Positions 18,385-20,000 of a stretch of DNA of 20,000 nucleotides are shown one piece after another (position 1 is the first letter of the stretch; each line of letters starts with the position of its first letter). Position numbers and translations under genes: made by a program. The notes below the pieces were generated by a model that was given only the letters and a program-made list of their open reading frames with translations, searched no databases and was not told where the DNA came from. The stretch lies in IMG/VR virus record IMGVR_UViG_3300005264_001596, one strand, 5' to 3'. This DNA comes from an uncultured virus (IMG/VR IMGVR_UViG_3300005264_001596). Lineage: Duplodnaviria > Heunggongvirae > Uroviricota > Caudoviricetes.

Positions 18385-18411
18385 TATAACCTCCTTATTT
18401 TCACCATATTT

Positions 18412-18422
18412 TAAATAATGTT
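18412..18422 (-). promoter_or_regulatory. Candidate late promoter AACA-N5-TA for the protease-neck operon
   Basis: Minus strand reads AACATTATTTA upstream of the AGGAGG SD. Confidence 0.5.
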
Positions 18423-18453
18423 GTAATAATTACTTGGAAATTAATTTATTATA

Positions 18454-18464
18454 AACAAAAGATA
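18454..18464 (+). promoter_or_regulatory. Candidate late promoter AACA-N5-TA
   Basis: AACAAAAGATA upstream of the AGGAGG SD of ORF 18489. Confidence 0.5.
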
Positions 18465-18488
18465 AAGTTATAATAAGGAGGAAACTAA

Positions 18489-20000
18489 ATGCTTGACAGA
18501 ATTAATCGATTTGAAAAATCTGACATTATTAAAAATGAAAAAATAGTTATTGAAGAACTTAAAAAGAGGGTTTCACGAATAAACACAATTGATAAACTTA
18601 TGATTGACAAAGAAAGACATAGTATATTATTTGATAATAAATATGGTATATATGGAATAATTTATATTTTTAACCATATTATTAATAATGATGGTTCATT
18701 TGCAAATTATATTATTAATCTTTCAAATTCACCAGATGATTATATTGGTAAGATATCAAAATTAATTAAAGAAAGAGTTACAAATGAAAATTTTAGTACT
18801 TTTACTAATGAAATATTACCTTTATTTAGTAAAGGATATCCTAATAATGGATTAAGTAAAGAACTTATTAAAAGAAATGGTATTAAAATGACTTATAGTA
18901 AATACCAAATAAATATTTTAATGTTTGATGGTATTGTAAATGAACTATATCAAATTATTGATGAAAAAAATATTGATGAAGAAACTTTATTAAATTTTCA
19001 TTCGCTTTTTTCTAGCGTATTAATGAAAAAGAAGAAAGAAAAAACTTATGAGAATATGGCATTACAATTATCATATGAAATATCATCTTATAATGAAGCT
19101 TCTAAAATAGTAGATAATCTTAATAAATATGATGAATTAATTAAAAGAATGATAAATGGTGAATATCTTGATTTACCTATATTAAATGTAACAACTATAT
19201 TTATTAAATCCAAATTCTTACATAATAAATCATATATAAGAATATTTCTTAAGGATTTAAAATATAATATTGATTTATTAAATATTGAATTAGTGAATGG
19301 AAAAGATCATATTATAAATAAGAAAATTGAAATATTAATTCATATATTAAATACTCATTACAGAAAGATAAATTTAATTTTAAATGAAAATAAATTTACA
19401 GATTTTGATTATTTTAGAGAAGCTGGACTTATTGAAGAATTTGATATTATAGATTCATTTGATGATGACTTTGCTAATGAGTTAGAAAATCTTCAAGAAA
19501 GTGTAAGTAGAGCTGTTACTAATAAAGCAAAAGAGATAGCAAGAAAACTAAATGTTCTTAAATATAAAGAGAATAAATTCTGGGATAAGATTGAAGGAAT
19601 TGAAAAAAATATAAGAACTGATTACAAAGATGCTAAAGAAGAAGAGTATAATGAAAAAGTAGTAGATCAAGTTTTTAATTTAACTAAATTTGTAAGAAAA
19701 TTATCTTTATATAGTCTTGGATTTTTATTTCCAGCAACTAGATTAATTACTCTTATAGCTTTAATTACAAAAATTGCAACTAATGAGAAAACTAAAAAAG
19801 AAGCTCGACTTAGAATACTTCATGAATTAGAGGCAGAACTTAGAATAGTAAAAGAAAAAATATCAGATGCTTCTTCTGATGATAACAAAGAAGCTAAATA
19901 TAAATTGATGCGAATAGAAAATGAACTTATAAAAAATATTGAAAAAGTTAAAGTAAGTAATTCAAAGGGTTATTATAGAAAATCATCTAGTATACATTAA
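18489..20000 (+). CDS. Probable virion structural protein: internal acidic linker, hydrophobic hairpin and C-terminal coiled coil
   Basis: Complete 503-aa ORF (TAA at 19998-20000); acidic linker ILNE...FRE...LIEE...LQES, then basic domain with LSLYSLGFLFPATRLITLIALITKIA; divergent from the protease. Confidence 0.55.
   Translation: MLDRINRFEKSDIIKNEKIVIEELKKRVSRINTIDKLMIDKERHSILFDNKYGIYGIIYIFNHIINNDGSFANYIINLSNSPDDYIGKISKLIKERVTNENFSTFTNEILPLFSKGYPNNGLSKELIKRNGIKMTYSKYQINILMFDGIVNELYQIIDEKNIDEETLLNFHSLFSSVLMKKKKEKTYENMALQLSYEISSYNEASKIVDNLNKYDELIKRMINGEYLDLPILNVTTIFIKSKFLHNKSYIRIFLKDLKYNIDLLNIELVNGKDHIINKKIEILIHILNTHYRKINLILNENKFTDFDYFREAGLIEEFDIIDSFDDDFANELENLQESVSRAVTNKAKEIARKLNVLKYKENKFWDKIEGIEKNIRTDYKDAKEEEYNEKVVDQVFNLTKFVRKLSLYSLGFLFPATRLITLIALITKIATNEKTKKEARLRILHELEAELRIVKEKISDASSDDNKEAKYKLMRIENELIKNIEKVKVSNSKGYYRKSSSIH

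Noticed and set aside
1..20000. CRISPR array, tRNA, rRNA or IS element
   Set aside because: No regularly spaced repeats, cloverleafs, rRNA-like segments or transposase motifs seen by eye

Overview
Very AT-rich, densely coding DNA with strong AGGAGG-type Shine-Dalgarno sites. Gene content points to a jumbo myophage of the phiKZ/AR9(PBS1)-like multisubunit-RNAP group, probably infecting a low-GC host. Recognisable genes: SLT-type lytic transglycosylase, tubulin/FtsZ-family GTPase, RecA/UvsX, both halves of a split RNAP beta subunit (probably the non-virion RNAP), NAD-dependent DNA ligase, a tandem HU-like protein, a T4 gp13-like neck protein, a T4 gp21-like prohead protease and likely processed head proteins. 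Main finding: each beta-half gene is interrupted by a compact, endonuclease-free group I intron (9063-9415 and 15876-16273). The two introns are close paralogues with compensatory base changes, and each internal guide sequence matches its own exons. In-frame splicing restores the conserved motifs RLG|EME and SSPG|ITG. Two candidate phage promoter classes are visible: TATATTAT-N5-T(A)GAA (early-like) and AACA-N5-TA (AR9 late-like, hinting at uracil-DNA recognition). All calls are from motif reading by eye; no database searches were run.
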